NCBI GenBank assembly: GCA_031411295.1
Contig: JANOAV010000048.1
Location: 18,609-82,608, forward strand
Source of the DNA: Verrucomicrobiales bacterium
GTDB lineage: Bacteria > Verrucomicrobiota > Verrucomicrobiia > Verrucomicrobiales > V1-33
Direction: 5' to 3'
Length of the DNA stretch: 64,000 nt
Part shown: one piece after another, positions 44,585-54,155 of the stretch
Layout of the letters: every line of letters begins with the position of its first letter
How positions within the stretch are numbered: position 1 is the first letter of the stretch
Notes under the pieces: model-generated
Databases searched by the model: none
What the model was told of the DNA's origin: nothing
The model's input: only the letters and a program-made list of their open reading frames with translations
Translations under genes and position numbers: made by a program

Positions 44585-44901
44585 AGCGCTACGACATTTA
44601 CTGGGCACGACTGGACCCCGTAGAAGGAAGTGAGTTAAGCAAGACCCGCCCGTGCGTCATTGTTAGTCTGGATGTCCTGAATTCCAGCCTGCCGACCGTA
44701 GTTGTTTGCCCACTTACGTCCACTCTCCGTCCCGCTTGGCGCAGCCGCCTTTCCATTACCAGTGCCGGACGCCCAGCGGATGTTTGTGCGGATCAAATCC
44801 GCGTGCTCAGCAAAAGTAGGCTAACCAGAAAAATCGGGACACTCACCGCAGCGGAAGTGACCGCGTTGCAACATTTGCTAGCCGAGATGTATGGTGCTTA
44901 A
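44581..44901 (+). CDS. mazF: PemK/MazF-family toxin
   Basis: MKRYDIYWARLDPVEGSE..KTRPCVIVS..N..VCPLTS, DQIRVLSKSRL. Confidence 0.92.
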   Translation: MKRYDIYWARLDPVEGSELSKTRPCVIVSLDVLNSSLPTVVVCPLTSTLRPAWRSRLSITSAGRPADVCADQIRVLSKSRLTRKIGTLTAAEVTALQHLLAEMYGA

Positions 44902-44904
44902 GTA

Positions 44905-45144
44905 GGAAATTTTGCCTCGCGTGGTGAATTCGCCCTGCAAACCGTGGTTACAGGGGAACTCAGCCTCTTCGGTTCCTGCGCCTCCGCTGGCGAGTATCCA
45001 CAAGCGCTGGAAGAAATTGCCGCTGGCCGCATCAAAGTAAAGCCACTCACCAGCGCCATCGCCCCACTGGAAGAAGGCTCCGACTGGTTCCACAGGCTGC
45101 ATGGCGGAAAGGAAGATCTCATTAAGGCGATCCTGACTCCGTGA
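44905..45144 (+). pseudogene. Orphan 240-bp copy of the dehydrogenase 3' end
   Basis: Matches 42536..42775; about 26 nucleotide differences, 5 amino-acid changes (hand count). Confidence 0.95.
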
Positions 45145-45388
45145 CTTGGCTAGAGTTTAGGCAAATTTTCATTTTTAAACTTGATAATTTCCATAAGTGA
45201 ACTTTAGTTAATTTGTTGCGTAGGCATTTTCCCCGAGAATTGTTCTGCGTTAATTGGCACGACTCCTGCTTTCGGTTAATTTCGTGAAGAGAAACAACCA
45301 CTTAATTTCTTCTCACTTGATTGACGGTCAGCGAAAATTGTTGCGGCCACTAAATCACTAATAGCAACCAAAACCACATAACAAACAA

Positions 45389-46147
45389 ATGACGAAATCC
45401 TTCTTCGCAGTCGCGCTGAGCAGCCTCGTGCTGGCCAGTGCTTCCTTTGCTGGCACCTCTGCAGCCGCTTGCGGCAAATGTAAAGTTGTCCCTCCAATGC
45501 CAACCGCAGACGAACTCCTGGGCTTCAGCCTCAGCGCTGGCTGGGACTCCACCTACCTCTGGCACGGCACCGACATCGGTGACAATCTGATCTGGCAAAA
45601 GCTGGAATACACCAAGAATCTGAACGACAAGCTCAGCCTCCAAGTCGGTCAGTGGTATGGTCACCTCTTCGACTACACCTACAATGAACTCGACATCTAT
45701 GGTGGCGTGAAATACAACGCCGGCCCCGTCAACGTGACCGTGGGCTTCACTTGGTATCACTACTTCGACGGTTCCGCGCTGGACAACCAATATGAGCCCT
45801 TCGTGACTCTGTCCACCAACGGCCTCCCCGTGGACGCTTACGTGTCCTACTACTATGAGTCCGAAGTGGACGGTTCCTACATCGAAGCTGGTCTCTCCAA
45901 GACCATCGCTTTGACGGACAAGATCAGCCTCGTTCCTTCCGTAAACGTTGGTTACAACGCTGGCCTCAACACTCCTGACAATGGGATGAACCACGTCGGC
46001 GTGAAGCTTGGTCTGCCCATCGCTCTGTCCAAGAACGCTACGCTCCTTCCTTACATCGCTGGCAACTTCGCCCTCGACGCTACTGAAGGTGCCTTCGCTG
46101 AAGACGATGTCTTCCTCGGCGGCGTCAGCCTGAGCGTGAACTTTTAA
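45389..46147 (+). CDS. Outer-membrane beta-barrel protein (TorF/Gcw_chp-like putative porin)
   Basis: Signal peptide, DSTYLWHG, YNELDIYGG, terminal Phe (LSVNF). Confidence 0.75.
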   Translation: MTKSFFAVALSSLVLASASFAGTSAAACGKCKVVPPMPTADELLGFSLSAGWDSTYLWHGTDIGDNLIWQKLEYTKNLNDKLSLQVGQWYGHLFDYTYNELDIYGGVKYNAGPVNVTVGFTWYHYFDGSALDNQYEPFVTLSTNGLPVDAYVSYYYESEVDGSYIEAGLSKTIALTDKISLVPSVNVGYNAGLNTPDNGMNHVGVKLGLPIALSKNATLLPYIAGNFALDATEGAFAEDDVFLGGVSLSVNF

Positions 46148-46191
46148 TCAGTTCCCTGAGCGGCTTTTTGCTCAGGTAAAAATGAAATCAG

Positions 46192-46226
46192 AGCCCGTCT
46201 GGCGGAAACGCCGGGCGGGCTTTTTT
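46192..46226 (+). terminator. Intrinsic terminator
   Basis: AGCCCGTCTGGCG-GAAA-CGCCGGGCGGGCTTTTTT. Confidence 0.88.
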
Positions 46227-46372
46227 GTGGAAACATTACGCAGAGAGCAGTTAAAGAATGTGGCTGAGGCTGTCTCAGCCTCAGTGGTGAGATTTAGAGA
46301 TCTGCTGCTGAGCCGGCAGCAACCACGTTCTATTGCTTTGCGGAGAAATGAGTATGTGGTGGCAGCCCCACT

Positions 46373-46490
46373 AGGAATTTGAAGTGCTTTCCTTTTCATT
46401 TTCTCTATTGAGTTAGAACGGCTGACATTTTCGTGCTCGTCCTCCGTCACCACCGCCGCCTACCTACCCACTTTCGGGCTGGGCAGAACT
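46373..46490 (+). pseudogene. Degraded RelE/ParE-family toxin C-terminal fragment
   Basis: Hand translation RNLKCFPFHFLY*VRTADIFVLVLRHHRRLPTHF resembles the ParE tail (L.RFPY..Y...VL...H.RR.P); in-frame TGA at 46409. Confidence 0.6.
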
Positions 46491-46635
46491 TAATCCGCGC
46501 ACAAAACCTGCTAAAGATTCCAGCAAGCCTATTGCAATCCCCCACGTTGCTCTGAACTTCCTGAGTCTGAGTTGCGCTGATCTTTGCACTTCAAACTAAA
46601 CTCTGAACTTTCTCCACTTCGCTCCCTTTTCGCCC

Positions 46636-49600
46636 TTGTCATTGCTCCAAACACCTCCCCCAGGCCATCGCTGCATCGTGCGTGCAGCCGATGTAGTTAC
46701 TTTTCGACTCACCTTTCCGGACCATCCGCCCGGCCAGGCCTTCCTGCGGACCACGGCGGGAAATCTGGCGCAGCGACGCCGCGAAATCATTGCCGCCGTC
46801 GAAGGTCACGAGGTGATTCCACACTTGGCATGGCATGATTTACCGATGCCGGAAATTTCCCCTGGAGTCTTCGAAATCACTATTTCGGAAAGGGAGATCG
46901 GCACCTACGAAGCGCGCTCCTGCTTCGCGTCCACCGAGGCACATCCCAAGCTCTATTGGCCGGAGACTCAGGGTAATGTGACCGTGAAAATTGAGCCTGC
47001 CTGGACTCGCCAAGGCCTCGGCATTTACTCTGCGCTGCCCCGACTCTTTACCGACCCTAACGCGCCCGCCACAGAGCCTGCCAGTGCGGCAGAAATCGCC
47101 AAACTGGATGCTGCTGGCTACACCGTGATTCCGCCCTCCGGCACCTTGCGACACTTGGCGCAACAGTTGCCACACATCATCGAAACGATGGGCTTCCGCA
47201 TCGTGTTGCTAGCACCCATTTTCCCCACGCCCACGACGTATGCCCGCATGGGCCGCTTTGGCAGCCCATTTGCTCCGTGCGATTTCTACACGGTGGATCC
47301 AGCCCTGGCAGAGTTTGATCAATTAACCACTCCACTGGATCAACTACACGAAGTCATCGACGGGGTGCATCGACGCGACGGTTACATTTTCCTGGATATT
47401 CCCATCAACCACACTGGCTGGGCCGCCCGCATGATGGCGCTGCATCCCGAGTGGTATCATCGGGGTAAGGATGGGAAATTCGAATCACCCGGAGCCTGGG
47501 GAGTGGTCTGGGAAGACCTAGCCGAACTGCAATACGACGACGTGGCGCTGTGGCAGGAAATGGCCGCCGTCCTGCTCCACTGGTGCCGCCAGGGCATCGA
47601 TGGCTTCCGTTGCGATGCCGGTTACATGATCCCCACGCCCGTCTGGGAATACCTCACCGCCAAGGTGCGGGCTGAATTCCCCAACACGATCTTCCTACTG
47701 GAAGGACTGGGCGGACCAATTGCCAAAATGCAGGAACTGCTGGACCGGGGCGGGCTGAACTGGGCTTACTCGGAGTTGTTCCAGAATTACGATCGGGGAG
47801 CCATTCACCACTATTTGCCGCAGGCCCTAACGCAGTCCATGCGGGACGGCTTGCAGGTGAATTTTGCGGAAACGCACGACAACTTACGGTTAGCCGCGCA
47901 GGGGCAAAGCTGGTCGCGCCTGCGCACCGCATTGTGTGCCCTCACCAGCCCACAGGGAGCCTGGGGCATTACTTGTGGCGTGGAATGGTATGCCGCAGAG
48001 AAGATCGATGTTCATAGCCGAAACTCCCTGAATTGGGGCGCGGAGCGGAACCTGGTGAGCTTCCTGAAGCAGCTCAATGATCTGCTGGTAACGCATCCGG
48101 CCTTTGCGCCTAACACTGAACTGAAGCTCATCACCAGTGGCACAAGTGAAACCCTGGCTTTCCTGCGATCCACCACCAGCAAGGAATCCAGCGCGCTGGT
48201 GCTCGTGAATCTCGATCCGGAAAAACATTCGGCTGTCCGCTGGCCGATGCGTGAATCTCCATTTCCTGCTGGAGAAATAACAGTGCTTTTTGATTCTGCT
48301 GGTGCATCCACTAGCATCACAGCTACATCTGAAAAGGGAGATCTGATCGCCCAACTAACTCCCGGGCAGGTCATTGTGGCGGGGGCTTGTAGCCCCCAAG
48401 CCGAGAACCCTTCCTCGCAACTGGAGGCTTCGGATTCGTTCAATGCATCCCGGCTTGCGGGCTGCAAGCCCGCGCCATTAACTACCTCTTGGCAATACCC
48501 ACAGGACCTCCGACGCGAAGTTGTCTGGCTGGAAGGCACCGCCTTGGAAATACGCGCACCCCATCCGTTCGATGTGCGTTTGCAGCAAGGAAACAAAGTC
48601 CTGGCCACTGCCCGGGCGCGCCAAGCCGCAGACGGAAATTTCCACACAACTGTGGCGGGGGCTTGCAGCCCCCAAGCCGTGAACACTTCCTGGCAATTCG
48701 AGGCCTTAAATTCCTGCGATGGGTCCCGGCTTGGGGGCTGCAAGCCCCCGCCACTAGCATTAGAACTTCACGTCCACGAACCCACAGCCACGAAGCGACT
48801 CCGCAGTCCGCTCTGGTGTGCGCACGGATTGCCTAACGTTGCGCTCTCCGTCGTCCCCCAGTCGCACCATTTCGCAGTGCTCACGAACCAACGCGGAGCC
48901 CTGTGCCAAGTGCACGGCCACTGGGGAACCGTGTCCAGTCAATACGACACGTTCTTCGGAGCCAACCTGGACCCCAACGTTCCAGTGGATCGACGCATGC
49001 TGCTGGGCCGACTCCGCATCTGGATTACCCGGAAAGGATATTCCACCCCACTGGAAGGCTGCCTGGTGAAGCAATTCCGTTTCCTCCCACCCGGTCAGGC
49101 GCAATGGGACTTTGCCGTGCCCTGTGGTGATGGCCATACGATTCCAATTTCCCTAACTCTGGAATTGGCTCCAGAGGAAAATCAGATCACGCTGAACATT
49201 TCCCATCCCGGCGGAGACACCGTGGGTGATGTCCAGGTCATCGTCCGACCGGACTTGGAGGACCGGGGTTTCCATGAGAAATCATATTTCCCGGCCGCCA
49301 CCGCTGCCGCCTGGCAAGCCTCATGCGACGCCCTGCCAGACGGTCTGCATCGTCGGCGGGAAAACGGCACGCATTTTCATTTGTGGCTCACAGATTCCAC
49401 CTACACCGCCGCCGCAGAAGTGGTGGGCGTGGGCCATGCCGTGGATGCAGAACGCGGCCAGCAAGCTGGCGCAGAACTCTTCAGCCCCGGGTGGTTTGAT
49501 GCTGCGCTGCCAGTGGGCGGCAAGCGCACACTAACTGCGACCGTTACTGACTCTGCCGTGCGGCCAATCGGACCTATGGGCCCTATAGGTCCCATAGAAA

Positions 49601-50829
49601 CCAACCAAGTCACCAGCCTAGCCACCGCCGCCGCAAACTCCCTCCGCCAATTCATCGTCAAACGAGATGACTCACTAACTATCATTGCCGGATACCCCTG
49701 GTTCCTCGATTGGGGCCGGGACACGCTCATTTGCCTGCGTGGGGTCATTGCGGCGGGTTGGTGGAAAATGGCGCGTGAAGTGCTCATCACCTTCGCCCGA
49801 TTCGAGAAAGCTGGCACGCTGCCGAACATGATTCGAGGCCACGACGATTCCAATCGCGACACCGTTGACGCTCCGCTCTGGTTCTTCGTAACCGTGGGGG
49901 AACTCCTGACCGCCGAGGGCAACGATGCTTTCCTTCACGAGTCCATCCAGGGCCGCACGATTGCGCAAATTTTGCGCAGTATGGCCCAAGGTTATCTACA
50001 AGGAACCCCGAACGGCATTCGCGTGGATGCCGCCACCGGCTTGGTTTACAGCCCGTCTCACTTCACTTGGATGGACACGAATCATCCTGCGGGAACCCCG
50101 CGCGAGGGTTATCCGATTTGCGCGCAAGCCAAGTGGCACTATGCCCTGAAACTGCTGTCGCGCATTGATCCCATGGGCGCTCCTCGCTGGACCGAACTGG
50201 CCGAACGCGTCTCCGAAAACGTCCACCAACTCTATTGCCGCCCGGGCCAACCGTGGCTCTCTGATTGCCTGCACGCCACTTCCGGTCAATCTGCCTTGGA
50301 GGCGATGGCAGACGATCATTTCCGGCCGAACCAACTCCTCGCCATCACCTTGGGGCTCATTACCGAACCGGCCCTGCAACGTCAAATTGTGCAAGCCTGC
50401 ACTGAACTCATCGTGCCCGGAGCCCTGCGCACCTTGGCTGATCGTGAAGTTTCCCATCCCCTGCTGGTGGAGCGCCACGGGCATCGGTTAAACAACCCTC
50501 TGCATCCTTTCTGGCCCTATTACACAGGGGATGAAGACACCCGTCGCAAGCCCGCCTATCATAACGGCACCGCCTGGCCGTGGCTCATGCCCATGCTGGC
50601 CGAAGCCATGGCCCTCGCCTTCGGAGCGCAGGGTCGCACGGCCGGAATTTCCCTGCTGGGAACCGCGCAGAAACTTTTCGCCCACGGGGCGCTAGGTAAC
50701 ATAGCCGAGATCCTTGATGCGGCCACTCCCCACACCCCGAAAGGCTGCGGAGCCCAAGCTTGGAGCGTTTCCGAACTTGTCCGCGTGCTGGCGAAGTTCT
50801 CGGATCATCCGCTGGAGGTCCAGCTTTAG
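46636..50829 (+). CDS. Glycogen debranching enzyme (GH13 glucanotransferase + amylo-alpha-1,6-glucosidase)
   Basis: DIPINHT, DGFRCDAG, LLEGLG, ETHD; IAGYPWFLDWGRD, TWMD, YHNGTAWPW, AQAWSVSE. Start codon uncertain (TTG). Confidence 0.92.
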   Translation: MSLLQTPPPGHRCIVRAADVVTFRLTFPDHPPGQAFLRTTAGNLAQRRREIIAAVEGHEVIPHLAWHDLPMPEISPGVFEITISEREIGTYEARSCFASTEAHPKLYWPETQGNVTVKIEPAWTRQGLGIYSALPRLFTDPNAPATEPASAAEIAKLDAAGYTVIPPSGTLRHLAQQLPHIIETMGFRIVLLAPIFPTPTTYARMGRFGSPFAPCDFYTVDPALAEFDQLTTPLDQLHEVIDGVHRRDGYIFLDIPINHTGWAARMMALHPEWYHRGKDGKFESPGAWGVVWEDLAELQYDDVALWQEMAAVLLHWCRQGIDGFRCDAGYMIPTPVWEYLTAKVRAEFPNTIFLLEGLGGPIAKMQELLDRGGLNWAYSELFQNYDRGAIHHYLPQALTQSMRDGLQVNFAETHDNLRLAAQGQSWSRLRTALCALTSPQGAWGITCGVEWYAAEKIDVHSRNSLNWGAERNLVSFLKQLNDLLVTHPAFAPNTELKLITSGTSETLAFLRSTTSKESSALVLVNLDPEKHSAVRWPMRESPFPAGEITVLFDSAGASTSITATSEKGDLIAQLTPGQVIVAGACSPQAENPSSQLEASDSFNASRLAGCKPAPLTTSWQYPQDLRREVVWLEGTALEIRAPHPFDVRLQQGNKVLATARARQAADGNFHTTVAGACSPQAVNTSWQFEALNSCDGSRLGGCKPPPLALELHVHEPTATKRLRSPLWCAHGLPNVALSVVPQSHHFAVLTNQRGALCQVHGHWGTVSSQYDTFFGANLDPNVPVDRRMLLGRLRIWITRKGYSTPLEGCLVKQFRFLPPGQAQWDFAVPCGDGHTIPISLTLELAPEENQITLNISHPGGDTVGDVQVIVRPDLEDRGFHEKSYFPAATAAAWQASCDALPDGLHRRRENGTHFHLWLTDSTYTAAAEVVGVGHAVDAERGQQAGAELFSPGWFDAALPVGGKRTLTATVTDSAVRPIGPMGPIGPIETNQVTSLATAAANSLRQFIVKRDDSLTIIAGYPWFLDWGRDTLICLRGVIAAGWWKMAREVLITFARFEKAGTLPNMIRGHDDSNRDTVDAPLWFFVTVGELLTAEGNDAFLHESIQGRTIAQILRSMAQGYLQGTPNGIRVDAATGLVYSPSHFTWMDTNHPAGTPREGYPICAQAKWHYALKLLSRIDPMGAPRWTELAERVSENVHQLYCRPGQPWLSDCLHATSGQSALEAMADDHFRPNQLLAITLGLITEPALQRQIVQACTELIVPGALRTLADREVSHPLLVERHGHRLNNPLHPFWPYYTGDEDTRRKPAYHNGTAWPWLMPMLAEAMALAFGAQGRTAGISLLGTAQKLFAHGALGNIAEILDAATPHTPKGCGAQAWSVSELVRVLAKFSDHPLEVQL
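48376..48478. repeat. 103-bp palindromic element in frame within the CDS, copy 1
   Basis: GTGGCGGGGGCTTGTAGCCCCCAAGCCG...CGGCTTGCGGGCTGCAAGCCCGCGCCAT. Confidence 0.9.
48652..48754. repeat. 103-bp palindromic element in frame within the CDS, copy 2
   Basis: Perfect 28-bp terminal inverted repeat GTGGCGGGGGCTTGCAGCCCCCAAGCCG. Confidence 0.92.
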
Positions 50830-50857
50830 GCTCCGTTAAGCCGCACCCAGCGCCACC

Positions 50858-52084
50858 CTACTCCGGCAAGGGCCGACCCTTCGTTTCCGGGGCCAGCCAA
50901 ATCATGACCATGCCCAACAGATAAATATAACTAACCAGAATCCCCATGGCAGCATAGCCCCCCAAGTGCGCAGTCAGAAAGCCCACGTTCAGCGCTCCCA
51001 CTGCGGCAATGATGCGGCCACTGTTACACGCAACCCCCTGGCCAGTGGCCCGTGAACGGGTGGGGAATATTTCGGGCAAATAGAGTGGCAGCCAGCCATA
51101 GAATGACCCCGTGCAGAACCCCACCACGCCGGCCATTACGAGAAAACTAGTGTTATAAATCTGGAAATACCGGAAGAACACCTGACAGGAAATCAGTCCC
51201 AGCACGCACAGCAGAAAATACGCCGGGCGACGGCCCAGCCAATGCCCGATGAATGGTGCCAGCAGACACCCTAACGCCGCCCCCAAAGAGGAATAAAGCT
51301 GCCCCCAACTGGCGGCGTATTTATTTTCTTCACCCGCCAGTTTCCCGGCCAGTAACGGAATCCACTGCACCGCCCCCCAAGTGACCAGCAGCGCCACGCC
51401 CGCAAAACAGATGGCCAGCAGCGTTGTCTTCAGTTGCTTGGCACCAAAAACATCGCGCAGCGGAGTGGCCGGGGCCTTGGCGACCGACTCCTGCCATTTC
51501 TCGGATTCCGGCACGAAAAGTCGGATCACAAATGTGAGCAAGGCCGGCAACGCCCCGATGATCATGATCGTGCGCCAGTTGCCGATTTCAAAACTAATCT
51601 TTATGATCGCGATCAGGCAGTAACCTAAATTTGCCGAAGTCCCAATCGCGGCAGCGAGCCACGGACGTTTGTCGCTCGGCCAAAGCTCCATCACCAACGC
51701 GACCCCCAGCGACCACTCCCCGCCCATCCCCAGTGCTGCCAGGAATCGACAGAGTCCCAGATGCCAGGGCGCTTGCGCAAAATAACACGCACCGGAGAAA
51801 ATCGAGTAACATAAAATGCTCCAAGTCATCGCCTTCACCCGGCCACATTTGTCTCCCAACCACCCAAACAGAAAGCCTCCAGCGGCCGCCCCCAATAGGA
51901 ACAGCGACGTAATAATTCCCATCCACTGATTCACCCCCTCTGGCGATTCCCCCATGCTGCTCAGCGCAGGCTTGGCCACTAACGGAAAAATACCCATTTC
52001 CATACCGTCGAACAACCATCCCAAAAAGGCGGCCGCCAAGGCTAGATATCGACCACGAATCGAGGCTGAAGAGGAACTAATCAT
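50858..52084 (-). CDS. MFS transporter
   Basis: GWLFDGME, GWLGDKCGR, GMGGEW, PEIFPTRSRATG, APETKG. Confidence 0.9.
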   Translation of the reverse strand: MISSSSASIRGRYLALAAAFLGWLFDGMEMGIFPLVAKPALSSMGESPEGVNQWMGIITSLFLLGAAAGGFLFGWLGDKCGRVKAMTWSILCYSIFSGACYFAQAPWHLGLCRFLAALGMGGEWSLGVALVMELWPSDKRPWLAAAIGTSANLGYCLIAIIKISFEIGNWRTIMIIGALPALLTFVIRLFVPESEKWQESVAKAPATPLRDVFGAKQLKTTLLAICFAGVALLVTWGAVQWIPLLAGKLAGEENKYAASWGQLYSSLGAALGCLLAPFIGHWLGRRPAYFLLCVLGLISCQVFFRYFQIYNTSFLVMAGVVGFCTGSFYGWLPLYLPEIFPTRSRATGQGVACNSGRIIAAVGALNVGFLTAHLGGYAAMGILVSYIYLLGMVMIWLAPETKGRPLPE

Positions 52085-52291
52085 GTGGCCACCGGGGTAG
52101 GCCAAACGGCCTCCGCTGGCAACGTTTTTTGACGGGCAATCACGTAAAACGCCGCGCAGGTGCTCAAATGCGGATTTTCCCGTGCTCACAATGAGCGGCA
52201 TTTTTTGGTGGATTTTTCCCAAAAAGAATCAAGGCTGCGCTTCCTCCGGGCCCGTGGCCGGAAACATGATCTCATTGCCTTCCTCTCCAAC

Positions 52292-53809
52292 ATGGAAACC
52301 AACCACATAGCCGTCATCGACTTCGGCTCTCAATATACCCAACTCATTGTCCGCCGCATTCGCGAGCTGGGGTTCTTCTCACGTCTGTATCAAGCCGGAG
52401 AAGTGCAGCGCATGGGGCGCCCCGCCTCGGTGATCCTCAGCGGCGGTCCCCGCAGCGTGAATGAACCGGGAGCCCCGGACTTGGATTTGGAATATCTCCG
52501 CAGCCTGAACGTGCCCGTCCTCGGCGTGTGCTACGGCATGCAGCTCCTGGCCAAAAAAGGTGGTGGCGTGGTCGCCTCGTCTAATAGTCGTGAATATGGC
52601 CCGGCCCAGTTAGTCACCTGCGGTGGGGAAACGCTCTTTGCCGGCGTGTCCGCCTCCTCCCAGATTTGGATGAGCCATAGCGACACCGTCACGCAGCTTC
52701 CACCCGGAGCCACCGTCATTGGCCGCAACCAAGACGGCGTGCAAGTGGCCCTTCAGTTCGGGCCGGAATGGTTTGGGATTCAATTTCACCCAGAAGTTAG
52801 TCACAGCCCGGAGGGCACGCAGATCCTCCGGAACTTCCTCGCGCTGTCTCCTAGCGCCGAGCGCTTTGAGATCGAGTCGTTCAAACAACAGTTGATTGAA
52901 AAGATCCGCCGTGACGTCGGCACGCGGGAAGTGTGCTGCGGTGTCAGTGGTGGCGTGGATTCCACGGTGCTGGCGGTGTTGCTGAAAGAAAGCGGCATCA
53001 AACATCGCGCCATCTTTGTGGATACCGGGCTGCTGCGCAAAGACGAAGCCGCCGAAGTGCAGGAACAATTTCGTGAGTTAGGGGTGGCCATCGAGACCGT
53101 GGACGCCAGTAAGGAATTCCTCCACGCCCTCGCAGGTGAGGGCGACCCCGAGAAGAAGCGCAAGATCATCGGTAACCTTTTCATCGATATTTTCTGGCGC
53201 ACGGTGGATAACGTGGACATTCTGGCTCAAGGCACGTTGTATCCTGACGTGATCGAAAGCGCCACCAGCGGCTCCATTGCTTCGAAAATCAAGACGCATC
53301 ACAATCGCGTGGACCGGATCATGGACCTCAAGAAAGATGGGCGCGTGCTGGAACCGCTGGACGAACTTTTCAAAGACGAAGTCCGTGCTCTGGGGACCAG
53401 CCTGGGTATTCCCGCCCGCCTGCTGAACCGACACCCCTTCCCCGGTCCTGGCCTGGCAGTGCGTTGCCCCGGTGAAGTCACCGAGGAGAAACTAGCCATC
53501 ATTCGCGAGGGCGATGCCATCTTCATGCATCAACTGCGCGAGTCCGGTTGGTATGACAAAGTCTGGCAAGCCTACTGCGGATTGATCCCCGTCAAGACGG
53601 TGGGGGTCAAAGGTGACGAACGTTCCTACGAATACGCCGTCAACCTCCGCGCAGTCACCAGCGAAGACGCCATGACTGCGGACTGGGCCAAATTGCCCTA
53701 CGAACTACTCGGAAAAATTTCCAACGAAATCCTCAACAAGGTCAAAGGCGTCAACCGCGTGCTCTACGACATCAGCACCAAGCCCCCAGCCAGCATCGAG
53801 TGGGAGTGA
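52292..53809 (+). CDS. guaA: GMP synthase (glutamine-hydrolysing)
   Basis: DFGSQY, GVCYGMQ, QFHPEV, SGGVDS, IKTHHN, KPPASIEWE. Confidence 0.98.
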   Translation: METNHIAVIDFGSQYTQLIVRRIRELGFFSRLYQAGEVQRMGRPASVILSGGPRSVNEPGAPDLDLEYLRSLNVPVLGVCYGMQLLAKKGGGVVASSNSREYGPAQLVTCGGETLFAGVSASSQIWMSHSDTVTQLPPGATVIGRNQDGVQVALQFGPEWFGIQFHPEVSHSPEGTQILRNFLALSPSAERFEIESFKQQLIEKIRRDVGTREVCCGVSGGVDSTVLAVLLKESGIKHRAIFVDTGLLRKDEAAEVQEQFRELGVAIETVDASKEFLHALAGEGDPEKKRKIIGNLFIDIFWRTVDNVDILAQGTLYPDVIESATSGSIASKIKTHHNRVDRIMDLKKDGRVLEPLDELFKDEVRALGTSLGIPARLLNRHPFPGPGLAVRCPGEVTEEKLAIIREGDAIFMHQLRESGWYDKVWQAYCGLIPVKTVGVKGDERSYEYAVNLRAVTSEDAMTADWAKLPYELLGKISNEILNKVKGVNRVLYDISTKPPASIEWE

Positions 53810-53823
53810 GACCCTGGCTTTAA

Positions 53824-54043
53824 GTAGTCATGCGCTTTAGCCCGCAGACATATCCCCGGCGGATTCAGGCATCTGATTCACGCGGAGAGTCCGACGGGCT
53901 GAAGCCCTGAACTACGGCGGCTTTAAGTAGTCATGGGCTTTAGCCCGCAGACATGTCCCATGCTGATTCAGGCATCTGATGCACAGGGAGGGTCCCACGG
54001 GCTGAAGCCCTGAACTACGGCGGCTTTACGTGGTGTTAGCCCG
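53824..54043. repeat. Tandem GTAG REPIN-like units (two 92-bp copies, 103-bp period, plus a partial third)
   Basis: GTAGTCATG(C/G)GCTTTAGCCCG ... CGGGCTGAAGCCCTGAACTAC at 53824..53915 and 53927..54018. Confidence 0.92.
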
Positions 54044-54155
54044 CCCGGAGTAAGCTGCAGCGCTCTCAAGGTGAACTTGAGCCCACTTACCAATTCAGGT
54101 AGTGATTTCAAGGTGTCAGCCTGCCGGGACAATGCTGAGTTGCCAGGAAGTAAGC

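Noticed and set aside
42536..45144. Diversity-generating retroelement template/variable repeat pair
   Set aside because: Differences are synonymous third-position changes, not adenine-specific, and no reverse transcriptase is present.
53790..53830. Genomic island integrated at the guaA 3' end
   Set aside because: guaA is a known hotspot, but no integrase or duplicated guaA tail was found in the window.
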